Notes: generated from the letters alone by a model not told the origin. DNA of 36,559 nucleotides from Myxococcota bacterium (GCA_041288095.1 JBGGMJ010000083.1:1-36559), one strand, 5' to 3'. Shown: positions 26,708-35,898, counted from the stretch's first letter. Numbers and translations are program-made.

Positions 26708-27373
26708 TCAACCGAGAAAAGGGCGGAGGATTCTCCCCAGCCAAGTCAGCGGTATGGGCGCTGAGTCGGCTATGAAGAGACAAATACAGGTCGCGTCCTT
26801 GGTGATGCGTAGCTCGTGGCGGTGCGCTTCATCGCGGACTTCGACGTCGCCGCGTTGCATCTTGTCTTCGCCGTCTTCGAAGGCTCCGGTCAGGACGATC
26901 GTGAGCTCGGGACCGGGGTGCGTATGCAAGGGCACGACATAGCCAGGTGGAAACTTCACGAGGCGGGCCGGATAGTCGTTCCAGCGCAAGGTCAGCTCGA
27001 CCTGCTTCACGCCCGGGGCGAGGAAGCGCCACTTCAGGCCCTCGGGCATGTACGGCGCGAGCACGCCCGGCATGCCCGCGTCCGCGAGCTGCTTCTGAGC
27101 GGAGGCGACCTTTTCATCGACCTTCGGCTTGTCTTCTTTCGCGGACGGTGAAGCCTCGACCCGTGCCAGCAGGGTCTCGACGTCGACGCCGACGTTCATC
27201 GGCGTGATCGTCTCGATGGTGTGACCGCCGATCGACTCGAGCACCGCGAGCGAGTCGCGGCATTGCTTGCACAACGTGAGGTGCGTCGCGACGAAGAGCG
27301 CTTCGGGCTCCCCACACGTCCCGGCGGCGTAAACCGCTAGCAAATCTTCGGGAAGGTGGTGCGTCGGAGTCAT
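26708..27373 (-). CDS. chrR: ChrR-family anti-sigma factor (zinc anti-sigma domain + cupin)
   Basis: HHLPEDLLAVYAAG...HLTLCKQC, cupin HTHPGPELTIVLTGAFED, H-ELR, CICL. Confidence 0.92.
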   Translation of the reverse strand: MTPTHHLPEDLLAVYAAGTCGEPEALFVATHLTLCKQCRDSLAVLESIGGHTIETITPMNVGVDVETLLARVEASPSAKEDKPKVDEKVASAQKQLADAGMPGVLAPYMPEGLKWRFLAPGVKQVELTLRWNDYPARLVKFPPGYVVPLHTHPGPELTIVLTGAFEDGEDKMQRGDVEVRDEAHRHELRITKDATCICLFIADSAPIPLTWLGRILRPFLG

Positions 27374-27398
27374 GGGCGTGTCGACCCTCGGAGATGAC

Positions 27399-27424
27399 TA
27401 CGCACGAGGACATCCAACGGATTT
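27399..27424 (-). promoter_or_regulatory. Candidate RpoE-type promoter for chrR (AAATCC-N16-CGTA)
   Basis: Resembles the TGATCC...CGTA architecture recalled for RpoE-ChrR sigma factors; lies 25 nt upstream of the chrR ATG. Confidence 0.4.
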
Positions 27425-27433
27425 ATGCACCCG

Positions 27434-28282
27434 TCAATAAGGAGCTGAACTTGTGGCAGCGGCGGCGGCGACCGCCAACGCGAGTGACACGATCGCGATG
27501 GTTACTACGACGCGCACGCTATCGCGTTTCCAGAAAGCCAAGGGCGCGAGCCTAGGGACATCCCCGGCAAGCATCCCAAGCGGCGCGACGGCGACGAGAA
27601 GACCAACGAATACGGGCACATCGACATAGGCCACGCCGGCCACGACGAGCATCGCCAGAACCAGGTAGGCAACCCAGGCGGCGCCGTCGAGCAAGCGCGT
27701 ATCGCGGCGGATGAGCCCGAGAAGGATGAGCGGGGCCATGACGCTCGCGATCGCGCCAGCAAGCTGCCCGTAGCGCGCGCTGCCACAGAGGGCGAGCCCG
27801 ACGGCGACACCGGTGGCCGCGATCAATAGGACAGCGGGAGCACCAGGTCCGGGGGAAGCACGGCGGTCGACGAGCCAAGCGCCGCTGCCCGCTACGGCGG
27901 TCATGCCGATCACCCAGCCAATCGCTTCCGGCCACGACCAGAATTCACCGACCAGCGGGTGGACGATGACGATGACGATCGCCAGGGCAGCAAGCAGGCA
28001 TACGAGCCCCCAGACGGTCGAGGACACGCGCGGCCTGATGGCGATGGCGAGCACGGCCAAGACCATGGTGACAATCGAGAACCAACCCGAGGCCTCGATC
28101 GGCGGGACGCGGGGCACACCGTCGATCATGGTTTGCGCGGCGACAAAGCCGGCCGCGACAGCGAACGGTACCGCCCAGCGCAGGCAGGTTTCGCAGCCCG
28201 GGCGCCAGGCGCGAATGGCGGCGAGGACGACCGCGCAGATGACAGCCGGCAAGAGCGCGATGATGAGGCCGACGATCACCAT
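27434..28282 (-). CDS. Hypothetical polytopic membrane protein
   Basis: About 9-10 hydrophobic helices; GGAGG upstream of ATG 28282. Confidence 0.75.
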   Translation of the reverse strand: MVIVGLIIALLPAVICAVVLAAIRAWRPGCETCLRWAVPFAVAAGFVAAQTMIDGVPRVPPIEASGWFSIVTMVLAVLAIAIRPRVSSTVWGLVCLLAALAIVIVIVHPLVGEFWSWPEAIGWVIGMTAVAGSGAWLVDRRASPGPGAPAVLLIAATGVAVGLALCGSARYGQLAGAIASVMAPLILLGLIRRDTRLLDGAAWVAYLVLAMLVVAGVAYVDVPVFVGLLVAVAPLGMLAGDVPRLAPLAFWKRDSVRVVVTIAIVSLALAVAAAAATSSAPY

Positions 28283-28343
28283 GGGGGAACCTCCGCGAGC
28301 GCGAGGAACGGAGAACCTCCCGCTCCTCGCCCACGCGTCCGCG

Positions 28344-28910
28344 TTACTTCTTGTTACCTTCGAGGCTGATGATGAGCTGAACCTCGTCATCGATCTGCGG
28401 GATCCAGTAGGTGATGCCGTAGTCGCTGCGCTTCACGGGGAACGACGTCTCGAAACCGATGATCTGCGCGCCCGTCGGATCCTTGCCCGTGCCCGTGTGC
28501 GTGACCTTCGCGGTCACCGCCTTGGTGACACCGTGCAGGGTGAGGTCGCCGGTCACGCTCAGCGTCTTGTCGTCTACCTTGGTCACCGACTTGCTCTTGA
28601 AGGTGATCTTCGGAAACTGCTTGGCGTTGAAGAAGTCCGGGCTCTTCAGGTGCGTGTCACGCTGGCTGTTGTGCGTCGTAAGGCTGTCCGTTTTGGCGGT
28701 CAGCTCGATCGAGCTGGCGGCCGGGTTGGCTGCGTCGTATGCGATGCTGCCGGAGAGCTCGGTGAACATACCATAGACCCAGGCGGCGCCTAGGTGGTGA
28801 GCCTTGAAGATGAGGGCCGAGTGCACCTGATCGATGGCGTAGGTATCGGCGGCCCGTGCGGCGACCGGTAAGGCGAGGGCCAACAAGGCAGTGAGAGCAA
28901 AGCGGGACAT
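28344..28910 (-). CDS. yceI: YceI-family periplasmic polyisoprenoid-binding protein
   Basis: Signal peptide, YAIDQVHS, RDTHLKSPDFFNA, FPKITF, GDLTLHGVTK, KRSDYG. GGAG RBS before ATG 28910. Confidence 0.92.
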   Translation of the reverse strand: MSRFALTALLALALPVAARAADTYAIDQVHSALIFKAHHLGAAWVYGMFTELSGSIAYDAANPAASSIELTAKTDSLTTHNSQRDTHLKSPDFFNAKQFPKITFKSKSVTKVDDKTLSVTGDLTLHGVTKAVTAKVTHTGTGKDPTGAQIIGFETSFPVKRSDYGITYWIPQIDDEVQLIISLEGNKK

Positions 28911-29065
28911 ATTGATTTTCTCCATTCACGCAACGGCATGTTTACCGTGCTGCTATCGACCACGAGATGATGGGTCGTTTGAAGCCCTTCGGCCATCGGT
29001 ATGCCGAATGAGTCGAATCGGTCCGCTGAATTGCCTGAACGCAAGCGCCGCGCTATGCGGAAGAC

Positions 29066-30148
29066 ATGCGAGCCCTGGTCACCGGCGCCAACGGACTACT
29101 CGGTTGCAATCTCGTCCGCGAGCTCATCAACTCGGGCCACGAGGTGCGGGCCATGGTCCGCCGCACGAGCAAGATGCAGGGCCTCGAGGGGTTGGCGTGC
29201 ACGTTGGTGTACGGCGACGTCCGGGACGCCGCGGAAGTGCTCGAAGCGGCCAAGGACTGCGAGGTCATCTTCCACTGCGCGGCGGTCTTTGCCTACTGGG
29301 GCTACTCGCGTGATGTGATGATGGACACGGCCAAGAAGGGGTCGGTCAACGTCTTGGACGCGGCCAAGGCCGTGGGGGCGCGTCGCGTCGTCATGACATC
29401 GAGCACGGCGGTGTTCGGTGGCAGCGACGGGCCGAAGGTGCTCGATGAGCGGGCGCCGACGGTCGGTGCCGGTGTTCCCGACTACTTCGTGAGCAAAGCG
29501 GAGCAAGAGCAGGCGGCACGCGAGCACGCCGCCACCATCGGCGTCGAGGTCGTCTTCGCGAACCCCAGCGTCTTCATCGGCCCCCACGACCACCGGCCGA
29601 GCGCCTCGCTCAACACCGTGACCGGCTACCTCACGGATCCGATGAAGCTCACGTATCCCGGCGGCGCCAACGTCATGCACGCCACCGATGTCGCGCGTGG
29701 TCACCTCTTGCTCGCCGAGAAGGGCATGCCTGGTGAGCGCTACATCCTCGCCGCCGAGAACGTCACGTGGCGCGACATGCACGAGATGCTGGCCGAGCTC
29801 GCCGGCGTCTCCAGGCCGCGCTTCACCGTGACACGCGGGCCGGCCGTGCTGGCCGCGTCGATCATGGAGCTGGGGGCAAAGGTGACCAAGAGGGAGCCTC
29901 TCGCCACCGTCGACCTTGCCCGCCAAACCGGACGCTACTTCTGGTACAGCAACGCCAAGGCGGCGCGGCTCGGCTTCAGCCCACGCTCGATGCGCCTCAC
30001 GCTCACACAGACGCTCGCCTGGCTGCTCGCCGCGAGCCCGCACTTCACCGACAAGCAGCGGGCCAAGATGTCGCCACACGAAGACGTGTTGCAGGCCATG
30101 CGCGAAGCTCGCATCTCCGAGCGCGTGCGTCGCGACCAACCCGCGTAG
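29066..30148 (+). CDS. Extended SDR / NAD-dependent epimerase-dehydratase (HpnA/DFR/3beta-HSD-like)
   Basis: VTGANGLLG, FHCAA, MTSST, YFVSK (YxxxK), DVARGH, GERYIL. Confidence 0.88.
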   Translation: MRALVTGANGLLGCNLVRELINSGHEVRAMVRRTSKMQGLEGLACTLVYGDVRDAAEVLEAAKDCEVIFHCAAVFAYWGYSRDVMMDTAKKGSVNVLDAAKAVGARRVVMTSSTAVFGGSDGPKVLDERAPTVGAGVPDYFVSKAEQEQAAREHAATIGVEVVFANPSVFIGPHDHRPSASLNTVTGYLTDPMKLTYPGGANVMHATDVARGHLLLAEKGMPGERYILAAENVTWRDMHEMLAELAGVSRPRFTVTRGPAVLAASIMELGAKVTKREPLATVDLARQTGRYFWYSNAKAARLGFSPRSMRLTLTQTLAWLLAASPHFTDKQRAKMSPHEDVLQAMREARISERVRRDQPA

Positions 30149-31558
30149 CTAACGACCGTGCCCGGGCCCCAGGATGCGCGGGCGATAGGTAGCGAAGTCG
30201 AACTTGTCCGAGTGCTGCGGGTTGTGACAGGTCACGCACGTGGTGACTCCGGGATCGCGGACGAAGGACGCGCTCCAACCACTGCGATCGGCGGGGTTCA
30301 TGGCATGCCCTCGCCCCGGCCCGTGACAGTTTTCGCAGCCGACGTTGGTGAAGCGCTCGACGTCATCGAGTCGGCAGTAGCCACCCGGCTTTTCCCACCC
30401 GACACTGTGGCAACCGACGCAGGTCAGGTCGCAGCTCTTCGACGCTTTTTCGAGCGTGGCCCAGGCGTGAGCGTGCGAGGTCTTGTTGTAGACGTCCATC
30501 TCCTCGACGTGGCAGCCCTGGCAGACAGCAGTGCCGACATAGTGATCAGCGATGCTGGGGGCACGCTCGCATGTACGCTCACGGGTCGCGGTGCGCGTGA
30601 TGTCGCAGAGTGATCGATTGAAGCCCTGCAAGGCATCGGTCGCCCACTCCGCGGGCTCGACATCGCGGTCAATGGCTTCGAGCCTCCAGGTGACGTAGCG
30701 GCCGTGCGGTTTTTCGCTGGTCGTCACCTCGGCATCGAGGGCGGCGAGCTTGGCGCGTCGCGCTTCCTTCGCGGGGCCGTCTTCGAGAGCCTCGAGCTCG
30801 CGGCGCAGGCGCTCACGCTTCGCATCGTGGGTCAGGCGCGCGCTCTTGCCCTCGTCATAGAACGTCCACGAGCCCGGTGGCCCCATATGGAAGACGAGCT
30901 GTCCGAGATAACGGCCGCGATCGGCGGCGTCGATCCACAGGGCGCTCCCGGCGACGGTCGGGATGCGTGTCTCTTCACCGCCCGGCACGAGCACGATATC
31001 GACTCCGCTTTCGCAGGCCCGCGCCGCGGGACTGTCCGTGCCGAGAAGGAGCACGCGCGCATCGGCTTGCGCCCGGGCCGTCTCCGCTCGCAAGGCGCCA
31101 CACGATTTGCCATCGAGCTCGGCTCGCTGGAACAGAGCAACGGTCAGCCCGCCCAGCTCGATGGTCCGCGGCACCGGCTCTTGTTTGCGTCCACGCCCGA
31201 GGTCGGCCGGCCCCAAGACCAACGCCGCGGGGCCCAAGCGCTCGAGCACATCGCCAATGACCGAAGCGCGCGCCTCATCCTGGGCGCGGGCGTGGTCCGC
31301 GGAGGTGGGCTGCTCGAAGAAGGTGTCGCCGACCATGAGCAATGCCCGCGCTCCAGCCGACCGGTGCGCTCCCACCCGCGCGGCCAGGCGATCGAGGCCA
31401 CCCAAAGGATGTGAAGTGCAGCCACAAGGCTCGGTCGTGCCCCGTAAAGCGCTGACCACGAGGATGCTCGAGGCCTCCGCGAGGTCTTCGGCTCGGCGCG
31501 CCTTGCACGCCGACACGAGGACGACGAGCAGCGCTGCGACTCTGGTCACGGTATTCAC
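30149..31558 (-). CDS. Tetraheme cytochrome c (c554-like) lipoprotein with a degenerate 5'-nucleotidase-like N-terminal domain
   Basis: Lipobox VSAC; GTTEPCGC--PLGGLDR and VGDTFF; heme motifs CQGCH, CVGCH, CENCHGPG, CVTCH. Confidence 0.85.
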   Translation of the reverse strand: MNTVTRVAALLVVLVSACKARRAEDLAEASSILVVSALRGTTEPCGCTSHPLGGLDRLAARVGAHRSAGARALLMVGDTFFEQPTSADHARAQDEARASVIGDVLERLGPAALVLGPADLGRGRKQEPVPRTIELGGLTVALFQRAELDGKSCGALRAETARAQADARVLLLGTDSPAARACESGVDIVLVPGGEETRIPTVAGSALWIDAADRGRYLGQLVFHMGPPGSWTFYDEGKSARLTHDAKRERLRRELEALEDGPAKEARRAKLAALDAEVTTSEKPHGRYVTWRLEAIDRDVEPAEWATDALQGFNRSLCDITRTATRERTCERAPSIADHYVGTAVCQGCHVEEMDVYNKTSHAHAWATLEKASKSCDLTCVGCHSVGWEKPGGYCRLDDVERFTNVGCENCHGPGRGHAMNPADRSGWSASFVRDPGVTTCVTCHNPQHSDKFDFATYRPRILGPGHGR

Positions 31559-31594
31559 GGCAGGCTACTCTAGCCTTGGAGCGTCCGTTCGGAA

Positions 31595-31969
31595 ATGGCC
31601 GGCAAAGAAGATAGCAAGAGCGGCAGCAAACCTCGCAAGCTCGAGAAGACGAGCTCGAGCAGCGGCAGCTCATCCCTCGTCGACCCGCACCGGCCCGAAG
31701 CCGACGGCCTGGTCGGTCCCGCCGGCCACCTGCGCAAGAGCAGCGACCTCATCTACGATTCGATCATGCGCGGCGGTGGCGAGCCTTTCGGGGAGCCCTA
31801 CGAAGTGTCGGCGCAGTCGCTCACCGAGCGCATCGTGAAGTTCTTCAAGCAAAAGGGCTTCTTCGGCTTCGAGTTCTTCGAGCGCCGGCGCAAACGCCGC
31901 ACGCGCAACAAGTTCACCCGTTACGGCGCCGCGCCCTTCCGCGGCGATCACGACAACAAGCGTCGCTAG
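31595..31969 (+). CDS. Hypothetical basic protein
   Basis: GC3-rich codons; fills the gap; stop overlaps the glgX stop (CTAG). Confidence 0.6.
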   Translation: MAGKEDSKSGSKPRKLEKTSSSSGSSSLVDPHRPEADGLVGPAGHLRKSSDLIYDSIMRGGGEPFGEPYEVSAQSLTERIVKFFKQKGFFGFEFFERRRKRRTRNKFTRYGAAPFRGDHDNKRR

Positions 31970-34083
31970 CGCATCGGGTGCGTGAGCACGACCATCGAGC
32001 GGCCGGGCAGCTCGTAGGTCGGTTCGTCGACTTGTCCGCTTTTGCGGTCATCGCTGCTATCGAGCACGATGGTCCAGCGCACACCGTTGGTCGCGTCGGG
32101 GAGGTTGAACGTCACGGCTTCGTAGTGGGCGTTCATCAAGACGAGCACCGCGTCGCCGGTGATGTCTTGTCCGCGCTCGTCACGTAAGCCGGTGGCGTCG
32201 CCGCCGAGCAGCCAACCGAACGACCGCGTAAACGGTTGCTCCCAATCTTCCTGGCCCATCTCGCTGCCGTCCGGCCGGAACCACTGCAGATCTTTCTGCT
32301 GCGAGTCCCAGATGAAGTCGCCCTGGAAATAGCGGCGGCGCTGCAGCACTGGTTCGCGATGGCGGAAGGCGATGACGCGCTTGGTGAATTCGAGCAGCGC
32401 CTTGCGACGGTCATCGAGCGTCCAATCGATCCACGAGATGGCGTTGTCCTGACAGTAAGCGTTGTTGTTGCCACCTTGGGTGCGACCCATCTCGTCGCCC
32501 GCCACCAGCATTGGCACGCCTTGCGACAGGAACATGGTCGCCAGGAGATTGCGCTTTTGCCGCTCGCGCAGCGTGATGATCTCGGGGTCGTTGGTCTCGC
32601 CCTCGGCCCCGTGGTTCCACGACTGATTGTCGTCGGCGCCGTCACGGTTCGCCTCGCCGTTCGCTTCGTTGTGCTTCTCGCCGTAGCTCACGAGGTCATG
32701 CAACGTGAAGCCGTCGTGGGCGGTGACGAAGTTGATCGATGCCTGCGGGCGCCGGCCTTGCTGCTGGTACAGGTCCGCGGAGCCGGCCACGCGGTAACCC
32801 ATCTCCCCCGCCAAGTTCTCATCGCCTTTCCAGAAGCGGCGCACGGCGTCGCGATACTTGCCGTTCCATTCGCGCCACGGCGAGCGAAAGCCACCGACCT
32901 GGTAACCGCCGAGGCCGACGTCCCATGGCTCGGCGATGAGCTTGACGCGCGAGAGCACCGGGTCCTGTGCGATGATCTGGAGAATCGGCGCATGGGCACT
33001 GAACCCGCCTTCGCCGATGCGGCCAAGGGTGCTGGTGAGGTCGAAGCGAAAGCCGTCCACGTGCATGGTGTCGACCCAGTAACGCAGACTGTCGACGATG
33101 AGCCGCGCCACCTGCGGATGTGCCGCCCTTACGCTGTTACCCGTGCCGGTGAAGTCCAAGTAGAAGCGCTGCTCGGGCATCAGCCAGTAGTAAGTCGAGT
33201 TGTCGATGCCCTTGAACGAGAGTGTCGGGCCGAGATGGTTGCCTTCGCAGGTGTGGTTGTAGACGACGTCGAGAATGACCTCGATGCCCGCCTTGTGCAG
33301 GGTCTTCACCATGGTGCGAAACTGATCGACCTGGCCGCCGGCGCGCCTGTCCGCTGAAGCGAACCCTTGATCGGGAGCGAAGAAGCCGAGCGTGTTGTAG
33401 CCCCAGTAGTTGTGAAGCCCCTTCGACATGAGGAACGAGTCGTCGACGCTCTCGTGCACCGGCAAGAGCTCGATGGCGGTGACTCCGAGCTGCTGCATGT
33501 GCTCGATGACAGCTTCCGCACACAGGCCGAGATAGGTGCCACGGTGCTCTTCGGGCACCTCTGGGTGGAGCTTGGTGAGCCCTTTGACGTGCGCTTCGTA
33601 GATGACGGTCTTGCGCCACGGCGTCTGCAGCGGCTCGTCGCCGTCCCAATCGAACTCGCGCGCAACGACGATGCCCTTGGGCACCCCGGCGGCGCTGTCT
33701 TGGTCGTCGATGGTGAGGTCGTCGCCACCGAGCTTGTAGCCGAACACCGGCTGCTCCCAGTCGACGCGCCCGTGCAGCGCCTTGGCGTACGGGTCGACGA
33801 GGAGCTTCGCGGGATTGAAGCGCAGCCCGCGAGCCGGATCATAAGGTCCGTGCACACGCAGGCCGTAGAGGGTGCCGGGCTTCAGATGCGGCACGTAGCC
33901 GTGATGAACGAAGTCTGTCGTCTCGGGCAGGGTGAAGCGCCCGGTCTCCTTCGCGGGATCCTGCGGGTCGAACAAACAGACTTCGACCTTCTCTGCCCCC
34001 TGCGAATAGACCGCGAAATTGACCCCTAACCCATCGAACGTCGCCCCTTGCGGATAGGGCTTCCCCGGCCAAACCTCGACCAT
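31966..34083 (-). CDS. glgX: Glycogen debranching enzyme (GH13 isoamylase)
   Basis: GKPYPQGAT, NYWGYNT, DVVYNHT, DGFRFDL, IAEPWD, NFVTAHDGFTL, SQGVPM, NNAYCQDN. Confidence 0.97.
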   Translation of the reverse strand: MVEVWPGKPYPQGATFDGLGVNFAVYSQGAEKVEVCLFDPQDPAKETGRFTLPETTDFVHHGYVPHLKPGTLYGLRVHGPYDPARGLRFNPAKLLVDPYAKALHGRVDWEQPVFGYKLGGDDLTIDDQDSAAGVPKGIVVAREFDWDGDEPLQTPWRKTVIYEAHVKGLTKLHPEVPEEHRGTYLGLCAEAVIEHMQQLGVTAIELLPVHESVDDSFLMSKGLHNYWGYNTLGFFAPDQGFASADRRAGGQVDQFRTMVKTLHKAGIEVILDVVYNHTCEGNHLGPTLSFKGIDNSTYYWLMPEQRFYLDFTGTGNSVRAAHPQVARLIVDSLRYWVDTMHVDGFRFDLTSTLGRIGEGGFSAHAPILQIIAQDPVLSRVKLIAEPWDVGLGGYQVGGFRSPWREWNGKYRDAVRRFWKGDENLAGEMGYRVAGSADLYQQQGRRPQASINFVTAHDGFTLHDLVSYGEKHNEANGEANRDGADDNQSWNHGAEGETNDPEIITLRERQKRNLLATMFLSQGVPMLVAGDEMGRTQGGNNNAYCQDNAISWIDWTLDDRRKALLEFTKRVIAFRHREPVLQRRRYFQGDFIWDSQQKDLQWFRPDGSEMGQEDWEQPFTRSFGWLLGGDATGLRDERGQDITGDAVLVLMNAHYEAVTFNLPDATNGVRWTIVLDSSDDRKSGQVDEPTYELPGRSMVVLTHPMR

Positions 34084-34138
34084 CCTATTGCACCCCCAGC
34101 CCTTGAGGGTAAGCACGCCCCTCCCCCCAACAAAGGTC

Positions 34139-34168
34139 TGGACAACCGCCGCGCTCCCTTGCTACACG
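34139..34168 (+). promoter_or_regulatory. Candidate sigma70 promoter of the tRNA (TGGACA-N18-TACACG with TGn extension)
   Basis: Spacing and position about 40 nt upstream of the tRNA. Confidence 0.3.
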
Positions 34169-34209
34169 CGCGGCTCTTCAGAACGGCAAGTGCCTCCTGG
34201 CACGCAAAC

Positions 34210-34286
34210 GCGCCCGTAGCTCAGTTGGATAGAGTATCGGACTACGAATCCGAGGGTCGAAGGTTCAAATCCTTCCGGGCGCGCCA
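34210..34286 (+). tRNA. tRNA-Arg (ACG)
   Basis: Acceptor stem GCGCCCG/CGGGCGC, D-arm GCTC/GAGT, anticodon arm TCGGA-CTACGAA-TCCGA (ACG at 34244-34246), T-arm GAAGG-TTCAAAT-CCTTC, encoded CCA; 77 nt. Confidence 0.97.
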
Positions 34287-34350
34287 TGCCTCCCATCCAT
34301 CCCGCCGAATGGTCTGAACTGGCGCTCACCGCACCGATGCGGCGTCGGCC

Positions 34351-34686
34351 ATGAACGTCCTCTTCGTTTGCAGCCGCAACAATTGGCGGAGCCCTACCGC
34401 GGAGCAGGTGTTCGCGGACTACCCGGGCATCGAGTGCGCGTCGGCTGGGCTCACGAAGGATGCGGACACGCCGCTGAGCGATGAGCTCGTTGCGTGGGCC
34501 GACATCGTGTTCGTCATGGAACCCGAGCACCGGACCAAGCTCACCAAACGCTTCAGCGCTTCGCTCAAGGGCAAGCAAGTCGTCTGCCTCGACATCCCCG
34601 ACCGCTATCAGTTCATGGACGAGCGGTTGGTTGAGTTGTTGGAGGCAAAGGTGCGACCGGTGCTCGAGCGAGCCCGCGCTGTCTGA
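34351..34686 (+). CDS. Small LMW protein-tyrosine phosphatase-like protein
   Basis: VLFVCSRNNWRS (CX5R), SAG, WADIVFVME, LDIPD. Confidence 0.9.
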   Translation: MNVLFVCSRNNWRSPTAEQVFADYPGIECASAGLTKDADTPLSDELVAWADIVFVMEPEHRTKLTKRFSASLKGKQVVCLDIPDRYQFMDERLVELLEAKVRPVLERARAV

Positions 34687-34824
34687 CGCTCCGGGCGGCA
34701 TGTCTGAAGCAGGGCCATACCGATTGGCCCGCTGAACCCCGTGTGCTACGCAGATGCTGTCGGCACCGCCCGCACGACCGCTCGAGGCACCGCCCTCACG
34801 GTTACTCTACTCCAGTAGGCGACC

Positions 34825-35199
34825 ATGAGTGCTTCCGCGTCCCAGTTCAATCTCGGCCGTTGTGCGGCCACAATCCCTGTAAGTGACATCAAGCGTGCAC
34901 TGGCATTCTATTGCGACGCGCTTGGGTTCGAGGTGACGTTCGAGAACGGTGCTCCCGTCGGATTCGTCATCTTGAAAAAGGACGATGCGGAGATCCACTT
35001 GACGCTCGTTCGTGGCCACGAAGGCGCGACGTGGAATGTGGCCCACCTTCTCGTCAGCAACGCGCCTGCTGTCCACGATCGCTGCGTGAGTCTTGGACAC
35101 CGCGTGATGAAGGGACTTCGCGACAAGGACTTTGGTTTACGCACGTTTGTCATAGCGGACCCCGATGGCAATCGGATCGACGTTGGCGAGAAGCTCTGA
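34825..35199 (+). CDS. VOC (glyoxalase/bleomycin resistance) family protein
   Basis: VSDIKRALAFYCDALGF, FGLRTFVIADPDGNRI. Confidence 0.9.
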   Translation: MSASASQFNLGRCAATIPVSDIKRALAFYCDALGFEVTFENGAPVGFVILKKDDAEIHLTLVRGHEGATWNVAHLLVSNAPAVHDRCVSLGHRVMKGLRDKDFGLRTFVIADPDGNRIDVGEKL

Positions 35200-35264
35200 C
35201 TGTTCCCCTGGTCGGGGTTCATCCAGGTACAACTGGGGCGCGCCACTTGTCGTTTCGATACGGC

Positions 35265-35729
35265 TCAGTTGCCGTCGCTGTCGCCCGCTTGCGAGCCGAT
35301 AGTCGCCGCAAGCCCATTCGCCAACGACCGCTTCTGCTCTGACGTAAGGCGGGCAGCCGGATGTAGCAAGACATACGCCGCAGGTGGCATCTCGCCTTCG
35401 AGCACCGTTTCCGCGGACTCGTCGGCTTCCTCGTGTGGGCGATCCCATTCCGAGAAGTTTACGACTCGCCGCCCGACATCGACGTCACGCTGGACTAGCC
35501 ACGAGAACGGCGCGACGTGCGCGTACCATGGCCAGTGTGTTTCGTTGCTGTGGCAGTCGAAGCATGCACGCGCGGCGAGGGCGCGGGTCTCTGGATGGTT
35601 CCACGCCGGCTCCTGCTTGACCGGCGGATTGGTGTGGTGCCGGCCGTAGGGCACGAGCTGCACGACAGCCAACGCCCCGATTCCGGTGACGGCGACGATT
35701 CGCGCTGCTTTTCGGAAAGGTGTGGTCAT
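35265..35729 (-). CDS. Heme-binding domain (Haem_bd-like) monoheme cytochrome c
   Basis: N-terminal anchor, TNPP, ACFDCHSNETHWPWY, NFSEW, GEMPP-Y--LH. Confidence 0.88.
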   Translation of the reverse strand: MTTPFRKAARIVAVTGIGALAVVQLVPYGRHHTNPPVKQEPAWNHPETRALAARACFDCHSNETHWPWYAHVAPFSWLVQRDVDVGRRVVNFSEWDRPHEEADESAETVLEGEMPPAAYVLLHPAARLTSEQKRSLANGLAATIGSQAGDSDGN

Positions 35730-35898
35730 GGCTATCCGTTGTTCGCTTCGAACATGGAGCATCTGCCGTGCCAGCGGTCCACGAACTGCGTGCGGCTCAA
35801 GGAGCTACGAGCGCCGCGCAAGACTTACGCGCATCCCCAGGAGGCGCGCGCTTTTTTCGCGATGGTCTCTCGATACGCTGAGCGCGGCCGGGCCGGCA

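Noticed and set aside
31418..31426. Selenoprotein or recoded stop in the cytochrome
   Set aside because: Both codons are Cys (TGT, TGC) and there is no in-frame TGA.
34162..34701. 179-aa - strand ORF across the tRNA
   Set aside because: It contains the typical antisense-tRNA pseudo-peptide (MARPEGFEPSTLGFV) and the shadow of the phosphatase gene.
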